From a virus (Duplodnaviria; Heunggongvirae; Uroviricota; Caudoviricetes), in the IMG/VR virus record IMGVR_UViG_3300048904_000041, positions 37,544 through 101,543 of that record: 64,000 nucleotides of DNA. The stretch is one strand, 5' to 3'. Under the pieces are notes generated by a model, which saw only the letters and a list, made by a program, of their open reading frames with translations, was not told the origin of the DNA and did no database searches. Made by a program: the position numbers and the translations under genes. Position 1 is the stretch's first letter. The number at the start of each line of letters is the position of its first letter. Of this stretch, positions 52,446 to 62,125 are shown one piece after another.

Positions 52446-55400
52446 TTACCTAGCCAAGCTACCGCCAGATCGACTCTCTTTGTTAATGATCTTGTAAACA
52501 CGTTGATCTACAAATGCACCAATCTCAGAACCGAATGAATCGTATGCACCATTACCGCCAGTTGTTGTTGATGTCGTTCCATCGTTAGTCACATAGACAT
52601 TGACCTGTACACCACCAGTTCGTTGAGTGCCACCTGACAAAGAATCACCACTACCACCAACAGCACGTACACCTAATGATCCATCTGCTGCACGTTGAAG
52701 TGGAAGAATTGCTTCAGGGCCAGCTTCACCCATCTCACCAAGTTGGTCACCAAAACGGAACCGGGTAGGTGTGGATACGATAGAGTTAGTGAAGTCACCA
52801 CCTTTTGCAAAGCGTTGAACACCACCTTCAAAACCACCACCATTCTTGAAATACTGCGAACTGTAACCAGCCTGACTTGCACCAAGCGAGCTAGATGTAG
52901 CGGCTGCACTACCAGACGAGAATCCATTCGCACCGCCACCGAAGTAACTAGATGCGGCAGAACCTGCAATACCAAGAATACCAGACAATGCACCAGATGC
53001 AGCTTGTTGGCTAGCGATACGAGCAAAGTCAGCAAGGATGCTAACTGTGAAGCTTCTGAAGTTCAATTTACCAGTGGTAACGAACTCAGCAAGAGCATCA
53101 CCAGCACTACGGAATGCACCAGTAAGTGCACTATTCACAGAGCCAGCAAAGTTAACACCAACATCACGTGCTTCCTCAACTGCTGCTGTGAAACCGTTAG
53201 TCCAGTCTTCGTTAGCTGCTTGAATCTGAGCATCATTCTTGAGGATTTGATCTTTCATCTCAGTATGAGCATCACCAAGCAATTTCAACTTCTCAGCATA
53301 CTCAGTTGGGTCAATTTGACTTGCACCCAATGCAGCAGCTAGATCACGTTGTTGTTTTGCAAAGCTACGATCATTATCACCAAGGGCGTTGTTCAAAGCT
53401 GCTTGTCTGGAACCACGACCTACACCTTCCGCACGTCTTGCACCATCATCCTCAAGGTTCTGTCTTTGAGCCTCAAGAGCAGCAGCATACGCACTGATGT
53501 TAGCAGTACGTCTATCGATACGCCCCTTCTCTTTAGCTTCCAGAGAATCCAACTTAGCTTGAACCTTCTCTTCAGCAACTACACGGTCAGCCTGAGCCTT
53601 GGTGAGTTGATTGTCGAGTGCAATGTTTTGAGCATTGGTGTTCTTCTTATTGTCTCGGAGGTTCTTGATGGCATTAATCTGTGCATCATACGACTGTGAA
53701 ACAGCGTCAGCTTGCGCTTGAAGGATTGCACGTTGAGATGCATATGTAGCCTCAGCCGAAACAAGATTGGCGTCCCCAAGAGCTGTCACGCGCTTGTAGT
53801 AACCATCATACTCAGCCTCAATCACTTTAAGATCGGATCTAACCTCTTGCACACTCGTTGTATTGAGTGCTTCAGGCTTGTTCGCTTTCTTAGCAGCCTT
53901 CTCTCTTTCCTCAGCCAGATTCTTTACAGCACGGGCTTCGTTCTCAAGAGCAAGCTTTCGGTTAGCATCACTAACACCTTCTGGTGCAGCAAGGATTTTA
54001 GCATTCTCAAGACGAACTTGGCGCAACTCTTCCTCGGCCTTAGCCACATCCTTAAGACCAGAAACTCGACGACGTTCAGCAGATGCTGTTGCAGAAACAG
54101 ATTCACGACGTGCGCGTTCTGTCTTAGCCGCATTCTCAGCACCGAGGTTTTCGTAATTGATACGTTCCTTGATCGCTGCAATTTCTCTATCAATCTCAGC
54201 TACACGGGTTTTATTACCATCTTGACCTAGACCACGCAATCCAAGGGAAGCGTTTGTGTCAATACTGTCTTGAAGGTTCTTACGCTGTCTAAGAAGTTCA
54301 TTGATACGGTCAGCACTAGTATCAGTACGACCAATACTCAATACTGCGTCAACAGCTTCTTTAACTACATCTCGTACACCACGCCATGCTCGCTCAATAG
54401 TACCAGCACTTTCCAGCATTGCGGTTGCGGCAGTTGCAGCAGAATCAGCAAGTTGATCTTGAAGCAATCGTACAGCTTCTTGCTCATTACCCTGTCTAAC
54501 CAATGCATCAGCTTGGGACAATACAGTTGCAGTAAGGAATCGATATTTCTCATCCAGACGTACAGCAGCATTTACTGGATCTTTACCAATGGCAGCAAAG
54601 TCTTCAACTGTCTTTTCAATTGCCTGCCCCGTTGCTTTCTCAAACAGGATAGCAGATTCAGCAATCTTAAGGAATTGATCACCTGCAACTTGACCACTAG
54701 CTTCAAGTGCGGTAAGTGCTTGAGCAGCTTTGGCAGCAGTACCAACCGTGTTATCAAGAGTATCCCTGAATTGGGAGAACTGAGAAGCTGACACACCAGC
54801 AGCACCATTTGTGCTGACAAGCGCTTTATTGAACTCACTAAGCTCTTGACCACCTTGATATGCACCGAATGCAACACCAGCAAGCACAGTGCCGAGAACA
54901 GTTACAGGAGTAATCAGACCAGCGATATAAGTAGCCATTGCTTTAAGTGCTGCACCTACACCACCAAATTGGTCTTTAATCTGACCACCTTGTTGCAGCA
55001 GTACAGTCAGCGGTGCTTGACCACCTTGCAAAGATACAACGATGTCAGTAAACTGAGCAGGAAGACCACGGGTTGCAAATGCCAATTCCTTAGCAGACTT
55101 ACCTGTGTTTTGCAGACCTTCACTGTACCGCTTCTGTTGAGCAATGTTAGTCTCAAGTACACGGTTGAGTGTCTGGTATTGGGTTGGGTCAATTCGACCA
55201 TCTTTCTGTGCTTGGTTCAACTCACGTTGAAGTGCTTCAAGTTCACGGATACGACGAATTGCAGGGTTGATTGCAGCAGTCAGGTCATCAACAGAACGAG
55301 CTTGAGCAGCGTTAGCCGATACAGCTTCCTGTGTTGCTTTTGTAGCTTCACGACGAGCGTTAAACTCTTCCAGTGCAGCTTTAGCTCTTGCATTGGATGC

Positions 55401-55952
55401 AGCTACAGCACCGGAGCTTACGAGACCTTGTTCAGCCTCACTTGCACCTTTAATTGCACTTGTCAGGTTCTGTTGTGCTAGTGCTTGTTCAACACTTGCG
55501 TTTGCGATAGCCTTAAGGCGCTCAGGAACACCTTCAGTGGATTGTGCCAGTTGACGCTGGGCGCTACTAACACCGATAATCTTATCAAGAGATTCTTGAA
55601 GTTTTGCATTGTATGAATCAAATGCAGCAGTTGACAAACTATCCTTATTGGCGAACAGCAAAGCTTCTTGTTTTGCAAGATCATTCAGTTTCTTGGTTAC
55701 TGGATCGATTTTAGCAAGAAGCTTTTCAAATTCACGGGACTGGTTTGCTGCTGCTTTTGCGGAATCATCCGCACCTGATGCAACGGTCTTTGTTGCGTTT
55801 GCAAGTGCGGTATCCGCTTTTTGTTTGTTAGAAGCTGCTGTACTTGCTTTGTTTGCAGCATCAGCAAAAGAACCTAACTCACGTGTTGCTTCCGAAAGAG
55901 GTCTGGAGTCAACATTGATTTGTAACTCAGCTATCGTTGGCATCTTTTTCAT
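52446..55952 (-). CDS. tail tape measure protein
   Basis: 1168 aa, Ala/Gln-rich helical, after G/GT chaperone genes. Confidence 0.85.
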   Translation of the reverse strand: MKKMPTIAELQINVDSRPLSEATRELGSFADAANKASTAASNKQKADTALANATKTVASGADDSAKAAANQSREFEKLLAKIDPVTKKLNDLAKQEALLFANKDSLSTAAFDSYNAKLQESLDKIIGVSSAQRQLAQSTEGVPERLKAIANASVEQALAQQNLTSAIKGASEAEQGLVSSGAVAASNARAKAALEEFNARREATKATQEAVSANAAQARSVDDLTAAINPAIRRIRELEALQRELNQAQKDGRIDPTQYQTLNRVLETNIAQQKRYSEGLQNTGKSAKELAFATRGLPAQFTDIVVSLQGGQAPLTVLLQQGGQIKDQFGGVGAALKAMATYIAGLITPVTVLGTVLAGVAFGAYQGGQELSEFNKALVSTNGAAGVSASQFSQFRDTLDNTVGTAAKAAQALTALEASGQVAGDQFLKIAESAILFEKATGQAIEKTVEDFAAIGKDPVNAAVRLDEKYRFLTATVLSQADALVRQGNEQEAVRLLQDQLADSAATAATAMLESAGTIERAWRGVRDVVKEAVDAVLSIGRTDTSADRINELLRQRKNLQDSIDTNASLGLRGLGQDGNKTRVAEIDREIAAIKERINYENLGAENAAKTERARRESVSATASAERRRVSGLKDVAKAEEELRQVRLENAKILAAPEGVSDANRKLALENEARAVKNLAEEREKAAKKANKPEALNTTSVQEVRSDLKVIEAEYDGYYKRVTALGDANLVSAEATYASQRAILQAQADAVSQSYDAQINAIKNLRDNKKNTNAQNIALDNQLTKAQADRVVAEEKVQAKLDSLEAKEKGRIDRRTANISAYAAALEAQRQNLEDDGARRAEGVGRGSRQAALNNALGDNDRSFAKQQRDLAAALGASQIDPTEYAEKLKLLGDAHTEMKDQILKNDAQIQAANEDWTNGFTAAVEEARDVGVNFAGSVNSALTGAFRSAGDALAEFVTTGKLNFRSFTVSILADFARIASQQAASGALSGILGIAGSAASSYFGGGANGFSSGSAAATSSSLGASQAGYSSQYFKNGGGFEGGVQRFAKGGDFTNSIVSTPTRFRFGDQLGEMGEAGPEAILPLQRAADGSLGVRAVGGSGDSLSGGTQRTGGVQVNVYVTNDGTTSTTTGGNGAYDSFGSEIGAFVDQRVYKIINKESRSGGSLAR

Positions 55953-56265
55953 TCTCCCGCATAGTGATGAGTGCTTCGTTCTCCATCACTTGTAGGTCAG
56001 GGAACATTTCATTTATTTCCTTATTCTTGAGGCCGAGCATCTTACCAACATCTCGGATTACTCCATAATCAATACCGATAGCACCGCCCATGCCCACTCG
56101 CCATTGTGTACGAAGTGCATCAAACATTCGGAAGGTATTGTAGTTCATGTCCCATATCGGAATTATCTCATCCGGTAATTCTTCAAGGGACAATCCGAAC
56201 AATCCAGCAGAGTGCTTAGTGGCACCTTGATCGTACATTGCATGAGCGATGCAGATTAGTTTCCC
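55927..56265 (-). CDS. tail assembly chaperone -1 frameshift extension (gpT-like; expressed as G-T fusion)
   Basis: slippery heptamer G_GGA_AAC (plus-strand 56259-56265) immediately before G stop; -1 frame open into T ORF. Confidence 0.65.
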   Translation of the reverse strand, partial: GKLICIAHAMYDQGATKHSAGLFGLSLEELPDEIIPIWDMNYNTFRMFDALRTQWRVGMGGAIGIDYGVIRDVGKMLGLKNKEINEMFPDLQVMENEALITMRENEKDANDS

Positions 56266-56657
56266 GAGCGTGCCCGAACGTAACCTTCGTTGTATTGATC
56301 AAGAATAGCACCAGTCACAGATACGGAACTTGCAACCAACTCTTCAATGTTCTCATCGTTGAATTCATCAGAGAAGCCCCAACCAACAACGATGTCCTTA
56401 ACCTGTTTAGCTTGCAGAGCAATTTCAAGGTCAGCCCATTCTTCAAGAGTAAATGGATTACCCTCAGCATCACGCTTGGTAGAAGCTTCGTGCAGTTCGA
56501 TATGCTCTTTCTTCCAAGAGTCAAATACCTTAGCCAGACCACGACGATCAAATGCCTTGAACGTGAACGATACGGAAAGAGGGTCACCACCAATTCGTGG
56601 GATGCTCACAGTGGATTTGAAGGTTGGGTTCTTTTCAAGTTTAAACGACTTAGCCAT
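56256..56657 (-). CDS. tail assembly chaperone (lambda gpG-like)
   Basis: 133 aa acidic, between major tail and tape measure, ends at slippery site. Confidence 0.7.
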   Translation of the reverse strand: MAKSFKLEKNPTFKSTVSIPRIGGDPLSVSFTFKAFDRRGLAKVFDSWKKEHIELHEASTKRDAEGNPFTLEEWADLEIALQAKQVKDIVVGWGFSDEFNDENIEELVASSVSVTGAILDQYNEGYVRARSGN

Positions 56658-56688
56658 TTTGTATCTCCTATTAATTAGTTTATAAACA

Positions 56689-56716
56689 AAAAGACCCCCT
56701 CACGTGGAGAGGGTCT
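56689..56716 (-). terminator. rho-independent terminator after major tail protein gene
   Basis: GACCCTCTC-CACGT-GAGGGGGTC + TTTTTGTT on minus strand. Confidence 0.6.
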
Positions 56717-56765
56717 TCAAGTATTTTACCAAACTATTTGCGATTAAGCAATAGTCAGTCGGTGA

Positions 56766-57417
56766 TTAAGCACCTTTGTAGCGAGTAATACGACCCTGTT
56801 GTGCCAGAGTAATAGTACGAACCATCAGTTGGTTACGAGTCAGCGAAGGGGTGTTGGAAATCGATGCAATCGAGTTGTACAGTACGATGTCACCGTTAAC
56901 CAGATTCAGACGCTGAATACGCTCTTCTTTCAGTTCGTCAGCAGCTTCAACTACTGGTACGAAAGGTTGGTCAGGGTCATCAGCTACAGTCAGGGTCAGG
57001 GTAGACGGCGACTTGGTAGTTGGAATCTGACGGTCTTCGTCTTCTTCAAGGAAACCGAACTGGTAGAACTGTTGCTCACCACCGGACGAAGCTACTTCAG
57101 TGATTTGCGGGATGTTAACCCAAGTAGCAACTTTCTTAACAGTACCAGCCGAAGTACCCAGCGGATAACGTTGCAGCGAAGTGGTATCAACACCAAGCAG
57201 TTCAAAAGTGTCAGCAGTTACTTCACCAACTTTAAAAGCACGACCGGTCAGCTTTACCCAACCAGAAGTGAGGTGAACGATATCGCCTTCTACAAAGTTG
57301 TGACCAGCAGCGGTAGCAACAGCAGGACTAGCATTGCTGATAGCAGTTACAACAACTGGTGCAGTGTAGGTTGCAGCGAAGTCAAAGGTAGAACCGTTAG
57401 GCAAACGAAAAGCCATG
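56766..57417 (-). CDS. major tail protein
   Basis: start at MAFRLPNG with AGAGGA RBS; followed by strong terminator; position. Confidence 0.65.
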
Positions 57418-57435
57418 TTTAAATCCTCTTGTGAG

Positions 57436-57852
57436 TTAATTGATTGTGTCAGCACGGTACGTGAAGTAGCTAGGAACTACCAACTGCGCACCTACTTGTT
57501 TACCCTCGGGGGTAAAGATTGGGGATACAACTTGTACTGCGAATCCATTACCGTCTTCAAATCGTTTATTCAACTTGAACACTTCCTGCAACTCACGAAT
57601 GTACTCTTCAGAATCAAGCATACCCACACCATATTTTGTAATCACCTTCAGTTGAAAGATACCCGTGTAAGTCAGGATATCCCCACCAAGTGTGTCACTG
57701 TACGAGTCAGAAGGAATAATGTGCGATTGAACATGGTTTTGATTCATGTCGAATGTATTCACAACGTTGTCGTATGAAACAGGGATGTTCTTATCAGCAG
57801 CCCATTCAGCAAGAGCAGCCGAAAAGAGCTTGCGAACTCTTGCGTGGCTCAT
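57436..57852 (-). CDS. tail terminator-like protein (putative)
   Basis: 138 aa immediately upstream of major tail protein. Confidence 0.4.
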   Translation of the reverse strand: MSHARVRKLFSAALAEWAADKNIPVSYDNVVNTFDMNQNHVQSHIIPSDSYSDTLGGDILTYTGIFQLKVITKYGVGMLDSEEYIRELQEVFKLNKRFEDGNGFAVQVVSPIFTPEGKQVGAQLVVPSYFTYRADTIN

Positions 57853-57861
57853 GTCATCTCC

Positions 57862-58299
57862 TTATTTGTTTAAAGCAACTGCTTCGTTTACAATTCGTAA
57901 GAATCGTTCTTCGGTAATACGAACCACACCGGCAGGAGCTTGTCGGCTAAAGCCCTCTTCAGTAACTTTAGGAGTAGGGCCATTGTAAGTACCGTACTCA
58001 ATATCATGACCGTAGAGAACATGGTTTTGCAAGTAAGCAATTTGACCAGCAGTGAAGTTCCTTACAATTGCTGCGATTTCACTAAGTGTGTTATCACCAG
58101 TCAAATCTTGACGTGTAAGCGAAGATGATGTTGTCGAATCAATCGACAATTGCCAGTTACCCCTGAATCGTCCAGTGTCAACAGGAGAAAGCCTTACAAC
58201 ATTCTCACCAATCTTCAATACGATTGTCTGGAGAATGTCATCCATTTTAACTTCGGTTTCTTCAACCCACTGATTAATTACATCCATGAAATTAGCCAT
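57862..58299 (-). CDS. HK97 gp10-like tail completion protein
   Basis: SPVDTGRFRGNW motif; start at MANFMDV. Confidence 0.55.
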   Translation of the reverse strand: MANFMDVINQWVEETEVKMDDILQTIVLKIGENVVRLSPVDTGRFRGNWQLSIDSTTSSSLTRQDLTGDNTLSEIAAIVRNFTAGQIAYLQNHVLYGHDIEYGTYNGPTPKVTEEGFSRQAPAGVVRITEERFLRIVNEAVALNK

Positions 58300-58696
58300 A
58301 ACGCACCTGCAACTTCCAACCGCAATTGGCAGCGTTATCATTAAATGGTTGAACGTTGATTACACGAACAATCTTGTCGATGAACATAAACTCATCACCC
58401 ACTGTAGGTCGGGGCATTTCGTTACCGTCAACCTGAACAGGGGATAGATAAATTTGAAAATCACCAGCCTCAATTGAAGTGTTCTTGTAGGCATACTCCG
58501 AATAGTTGACCCGTACACCACTTCCGTTGTAGGTGTTAGTAACTGCTGGGCTAACCCCACCTGTCACTGGATCAAAAATACCCGGAATAATTTGTTGAAA
58601 TGTGATGGGAACTCCCTGTTTCTTCGTAGAAAGCTGACGGATAACCATCGCTCTCAACCTGTCATGCATGCCAGCCATCAGCAAGTACCTCCACAC
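58292..58696 (-). CDS. head-tail adaptor-like protein (putative)
   Basis: 134 aa in connector gene block. Confidence 0.4.
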   Translation of the reverse strand: MWRYLLMAGMHDRLRAMVIRQLSTKKQGVPITFQQIIPGIFDPVTGGVSPAVTNTYNGSGVRVNYSEYAYKNTSIEAGDFQIYLSPVQVDGNEMPRPTVGDEFMFIDKIVRVINVQPFNDNAANCGWKLQVRYG

Positions 58697-59085
58697 GGAT
58701 TACCTGTTCGATACCATCCGTCTTTATCACAACGTTCAAAATCGAGAAGCTTGTTAGTGTCACATTTGTCAGCACCTGCAAACCACGGCATCAAGTTAGG
58801 TGGTGGAACCCTGCCAGAGTTACCGATAAGGTAATCAAGCAGTTTCAAATAGTTGCTGCTAGTAGAACTAGATACAGACAACTCACCAATAACTTCCCGT
58901 GAACTCTCACCGGATACATAGTAACCAGCAGAGATTGCAGCGTAGACAGCCGCACGGTTAACATCACCTCGACCTAGAACTAGAAATTGCTTATACTGCT
59001 CAGGTGTAAACATCGGGTAGTATGGGCCACCTTCAATGTCACTGAGCATAAGAGCAATGAGCGCAATCTTTTCATCATCGGTCAT
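58678..59085 (-). CDS. head-tail connector/head completion protein (putative)
   Basis: 135 aa directly after major capsid gene and terminator. Confidence 0.4.
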   Translation of the reverse strand: MTDDEKIALIALMLSDIEGGPYYPMFTPEQYKQFLVLGRGDVNRAAVYAAISAGYYVSGESSREVIGELSVSSSTSSNYLKLLDYLIGNSGRVPPPNLMPWFAGADKCDTNKLLDFERCDKDGWYRTGNPCGGTC

Positions 59086-59106
59086 TTCTCATCTCCTTGA
59101 AACAAG

Positions 59107-59130
59107 AAAGGGCCAGCCGAAGCCAGCCCT
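59107..59130 (-). terminator. hairpin terminator after major capsid gene
   Basis: AAGGGC-N13-GCCCTT on both strands. Confidence 0.45.
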
Positions 59131-59140
59131 TTGGCACATC

Positions 59141-60238
59141 TTAGCTAAAGGTGATGTCCATAACAGCACCCGGATACAGCAGACCGTTCATGAAGTTCGA
59201 ACCAACCTTCATTTGGATCAGGTCATCTTCGTCGTTCAGACGTTCGAAGTAGTACATGCCCTGTGCAGTCTTGTTAACAGCACTGAAGGTGTTAGCTGGA
59301 GCGTAGTAGCGCTTGAACATACCACGAACGCCGGTAGGCAGAGCCACACCTTTGTTAGCTTCGATCCAAGGCTGGAACACGCCATCAGCGTCTTCGTAAC
59401 CACCGGTACCAGCGTCGATGAACACAACGCCCCACAGGGAAACGGTACGGAAGTTAGCGTTCAGACCCGGAGCTTGGTCAGGAGTCTTCAGCAACAGCTT
59501 GTTCAGATCCTGTTGGAAGTATTTGATCGCTTCGGTGACGAATGGGTTCATGTAAACCGCGTCAAACAGATCAGTACCGCACAGAATCAGCAGGTTGGTG
59601 TAGTTACCACCGTTGGCATGACGCAGAGCTTCACGCATTGCACGTACCAGATCAGCAACCGACTTACGTGGGTCAGCAGCACCAACCAGTTTCAGGTCGT
59701 GAGTCTGACGGGTAACGCCCATCTCTTGGTAGTAGTCAATGGTATCGCCATAAGCGGTAGCCAGTGCACCCGACGGAGCATATACAGTACCTTTGGTCAG
59801 GAGCTGCATGTTAGCCACATCCTTGGTCAGGTCGAATGCGTTGTTCAGGTTAGCCAGCTTCTCCAGACGAACGTTCATCACGGTTTCGAGCAGAGCAGCT
59901 TCCTGAATCGAACTAACTTGTGCAACACCGTCAACGTCCTGTGGCTTGATTGCGTCTTGCAGTTCGAAGTTAGGGATCGACAGTTGGATGAAGCCACGCT
60001 TAGGTTTGTTAACCAGAGTGTCAGCTTTCGCTTCCCAGTTCTTGTCTTTGATCAGTTGGTTGCTGTACTGAGTACGTTGAATCTCGATTTTCTTCTGAGT
60101 TACAAATACTTCTTCAAACAGGCCAAGTTGGTCGATGATGGAAATATTACGCGGCAGTTCAAGCAGGATGTCGGTCAGTTCAACATATTTACCCTGCGAC
60201 AGGCGATCAATATTTTTGTCCAGAATCAATTGAGTCAT
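59141..60238 (-). CDS. major capsid protein
   Basis: 365 aa, after protease/decoration genes, flanked by hairpins; AAGGAAC RBS. Confidence 0.7.
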   Translation of the reverse strand: MTQLILDKNIDRLSQGKYVELTDILLELPRNISIIDQLGLFEEVFVTQKKIEIQRTQYSNQLIKDKNWEAKADTLVNKPKRGFIQLSIPNFELQDAIKPQDVDGVAQVSSIQEAALLETVMNVRLEKLANLNNAFDLTKDVANMQLLTKGTVYAPSGALATAYGDTIDYYQEMGVTRQTHDLKLVGAADPRKSVADLVRAMREALRHANGGNYTNLLILCGTDLFDAVYMNPFVTEAIKYFQQDLNKLLLKTPDQAPGLNANFRTVSLWGVVFIDAGTGGYEDADGVFQPWIEANKGVALPTGVRGMFKRYYAPANTFSAVNKTAQGMYYFERLNDEDDLIQMKVGSNFMNGLLYPGAVMDITFS

Positions 60239-60261
60239 TTGATAGTTCCTTATGGTAGGTG

Positions 60262-60278
60262 AAGGGGACTCTCCGTCC
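60262..60278 (-). promoter_or_regulatory. stem-loop GGGGAC-TCTCC-GTCCCC in capsid 5' leader (no U-tract on minus strand)
   Basis: same stem sequence recurs at 52383-52400. Confidence 0.4.
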
Positions 60279-60299
60279 CCTGTAATTGTTTAAAGTTGA

Positions 60300-60746
60300 T
60301 TAGGCGACTTTAAAGTCAGAAACGTCTTCCAGAACCAGCAAGCCTTGGTTTGCCATATTCTGAATCAGTTGATCGTACTTAGCAGCGGTCAGAGTAGCTT
60401 TCAGATTCGCTTTGATGTAGAACTCTTTGAAAGCAGCATCACGACGAACTACAACAGCGTTCCACTTACCGGCAGCAATTGCACGTGGAATGAAGTCATA
60501 TTTGAATGCGTAGTGGTCACCAAAGACAACAGCCAGTTCATCACCGTCAACTACGTCAGCATCAGCGGCAATAACTTTCCAAGCATCACGTGGAGCCGAG
60601 TTAACCGGACGGGTAACTACAGTACCAAGTGGCAGCGGAGTAGCCAGTGGGGTAATATTTGCGTTGTCGTTGCTGAAGTGGAAGCTCTTGTGAGCAATAA
60701 CCAGATCAGAAGCGTATTTGGTAAGAGTAATTTCTTTAAAAGCCAT
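60300..60746 (-). CDS. head decoration protein (lambda gpD-like, putative)
   Basis: 148 aa between protease and capsid genes. Confidence 0.5.
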   Translation of the reverse strand: MAFKEITLTKYASDLVIAHKSFHFSNDNANITPLATPLPLGTVVTRPVNSAPRDAWKVIAADADVVDGDELAVVFGDHYAFKYDFIPRAIAAGKWNAVVVRRDAAFKEFYIKANLKATLTAAKYDQLIQNMANQGLLVLEDVSDFKVA

Positions 60747-60772
60747 GTTGTGTATCCTCTATTAAATTGTGA

Positions 60773-62116
60773 TTAACGGCGTGCTTTAGCAGCGGCTACA
60801 CCTGCGGCCAACAGTTTCTCTTGGTCAGTTGGTTCAGCTACTTCTTGCTCAACACCTTCTTGACCTACAGGTTTGAAACTCTCAGCACGGGCTTCCTTAG
60901 CCGATGCCAGTTCACCTACCATAAAGGCAAACGTATCGTCATCCAGAGCAGCATAAGCAGCCAGCTTGGTATCGACTTGATCTACCGGCATAACCTCAGC
61001 CAGAGAGGCTTTACGGGATGCCAGCTTAGCTTCAGCAGCAGCTTTCTCTGCGGCAGCTTGCATTTCTTTAAATTGTTCCAGTTGACCAGTCAGACTAGCT
61101 ACCAGACCACGTTGTTCTGCCAGTTCGGTAAGAGCAGAAGTAAGTTCAGTCTTACTTGTACTCAGTTGCGATTGCAGTTCTTCAAGTTGTGCCATTTCAG
61201 CCTCATCCTCATTAAGTTTACCAAATTTAAGTACATCAGATAGCGTACCCATATCTTGTCCCTCTAAGTTGTTCTGAGCAGTATCCGCCAGATATTCATA
61301 AAACTCTTCAGCAGTCATAACCTTGTCAGCAAGACCAAGTGTCAGTGCCTCATTAGACATGAACACATTCGCCTCAGTGTCTTTAACGGCCTGAATGTCC
61401 ATAGAGCGGTGTTTAGCAACATGACCAGTGAAACCTTCGTAAAGGGTATCAACCTGCTCTTGCAGTCGCTGTTTGAACTCATCAGTAAAGCTACCGTCTT
61501 CAGCGAAAGGAACTTTGTCCTTACCAGCCGTGATGAAAGTACGTTCAATACCATTCATCTTCAGTTGCTCACTGTTGTTCATAAGCTGAATGAGAACGCC
61601 GATAGAACCGACTTGACTGTCAGCAGTCATTACGATTTCATCAGCAATGGTCAGCATACCGTAACCTGCCGAAGCAGCCATACCGTCTACAAAACCAACG
61701 ATCTTAATGTCATTCTCATCAGCAAGTTTGCGGATGTAGTTAGCACTGTCCATCATTCCATGTGCTTCACCACCGCCAGAGTCAACCAGCATTGCAACAG
61801 TCTTTGCACCCTTGGATACAAAGTATTCCATTTGACTCTTAAGCATCTCATACGATGTACCACCGCAAAGTGCTTCCCAACCGGTTGTACGGTAAGTTAG
61901 TGGGCCTTGGACATGCATAACACCAGTTTTAGTGTCTGGTACATAACGACCGGGGCCATTATCTACTTCAGCCTTAACTTTTGGATCTACTTCGAAGTTG
62001 CTTGCTGCAATCCGACCATTTACATAGTCCATAATACTTGCAAAGCTTTCTTGTTCAATCAGGTGTGGCTTGTTAACCATATCCCGTTTAATTCGTACCA
62101 AACTATGAGCCATCAT
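60773..62116 (-). CDS. prohead protease (S49/ClpP-like) fused to coiled-coil scaffolding domain
   Basis: VDSGGGEAHG and GMAASAGYGML serine protease signatures; C-terminal QLEELQSQL... coiled coil. Confidence 0.8.
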   Translation of the reverse strand: MMAHSLVRIKRDMVNKPHLIEQESFASIMDYVNGRIAASNFEVDPKVKAEVDNGPGRYVPDTKTGVMHVQGPLTYRTTGWEALCGGTSYEMLKSQMEYFVSKGAKTVAMLVDSGGGEAHGMMDSANYIRKLADENDIKIVGFVDGMAASAGYGMLTIADEIVMTADSQVGSIGVLIQLMNNSEQLKMNGIERTFITAGKDKVPFAEDGSFTDEFKQRLQEQVDTLYEGFTGHVAKHRSMDIQAVKDTEANVFMSNEALTLGLADKVMTAEEFYEYLADTAQNNLEGQDMGTLSDVLKFGKLNEDEAEMAQLEELQSQLSTSKTELTSALTELAEQRGLVASLTGQLEQFKEMQAAAEKAAAEAKLASRKASLAEVMPVDQVDTKLAAYAALDDDTFAFMVGELASAKEARAESFKPVGQEGVEQEVAEPTDQEKLLAAGVAAAKARR

Positions 62117-62125
62117 TGTCTCCCG

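Noticed and set aside
52673-55481. Multiple 60-215-aa ORFs on both strands inside the tape-measure gene
   Set aside because: All overlap the 1168-aa tape measure ORF in alternative frames and have low-complexity S/T/C/L-rich translations. They are artefacts of the compositionally biased TMP sequence.
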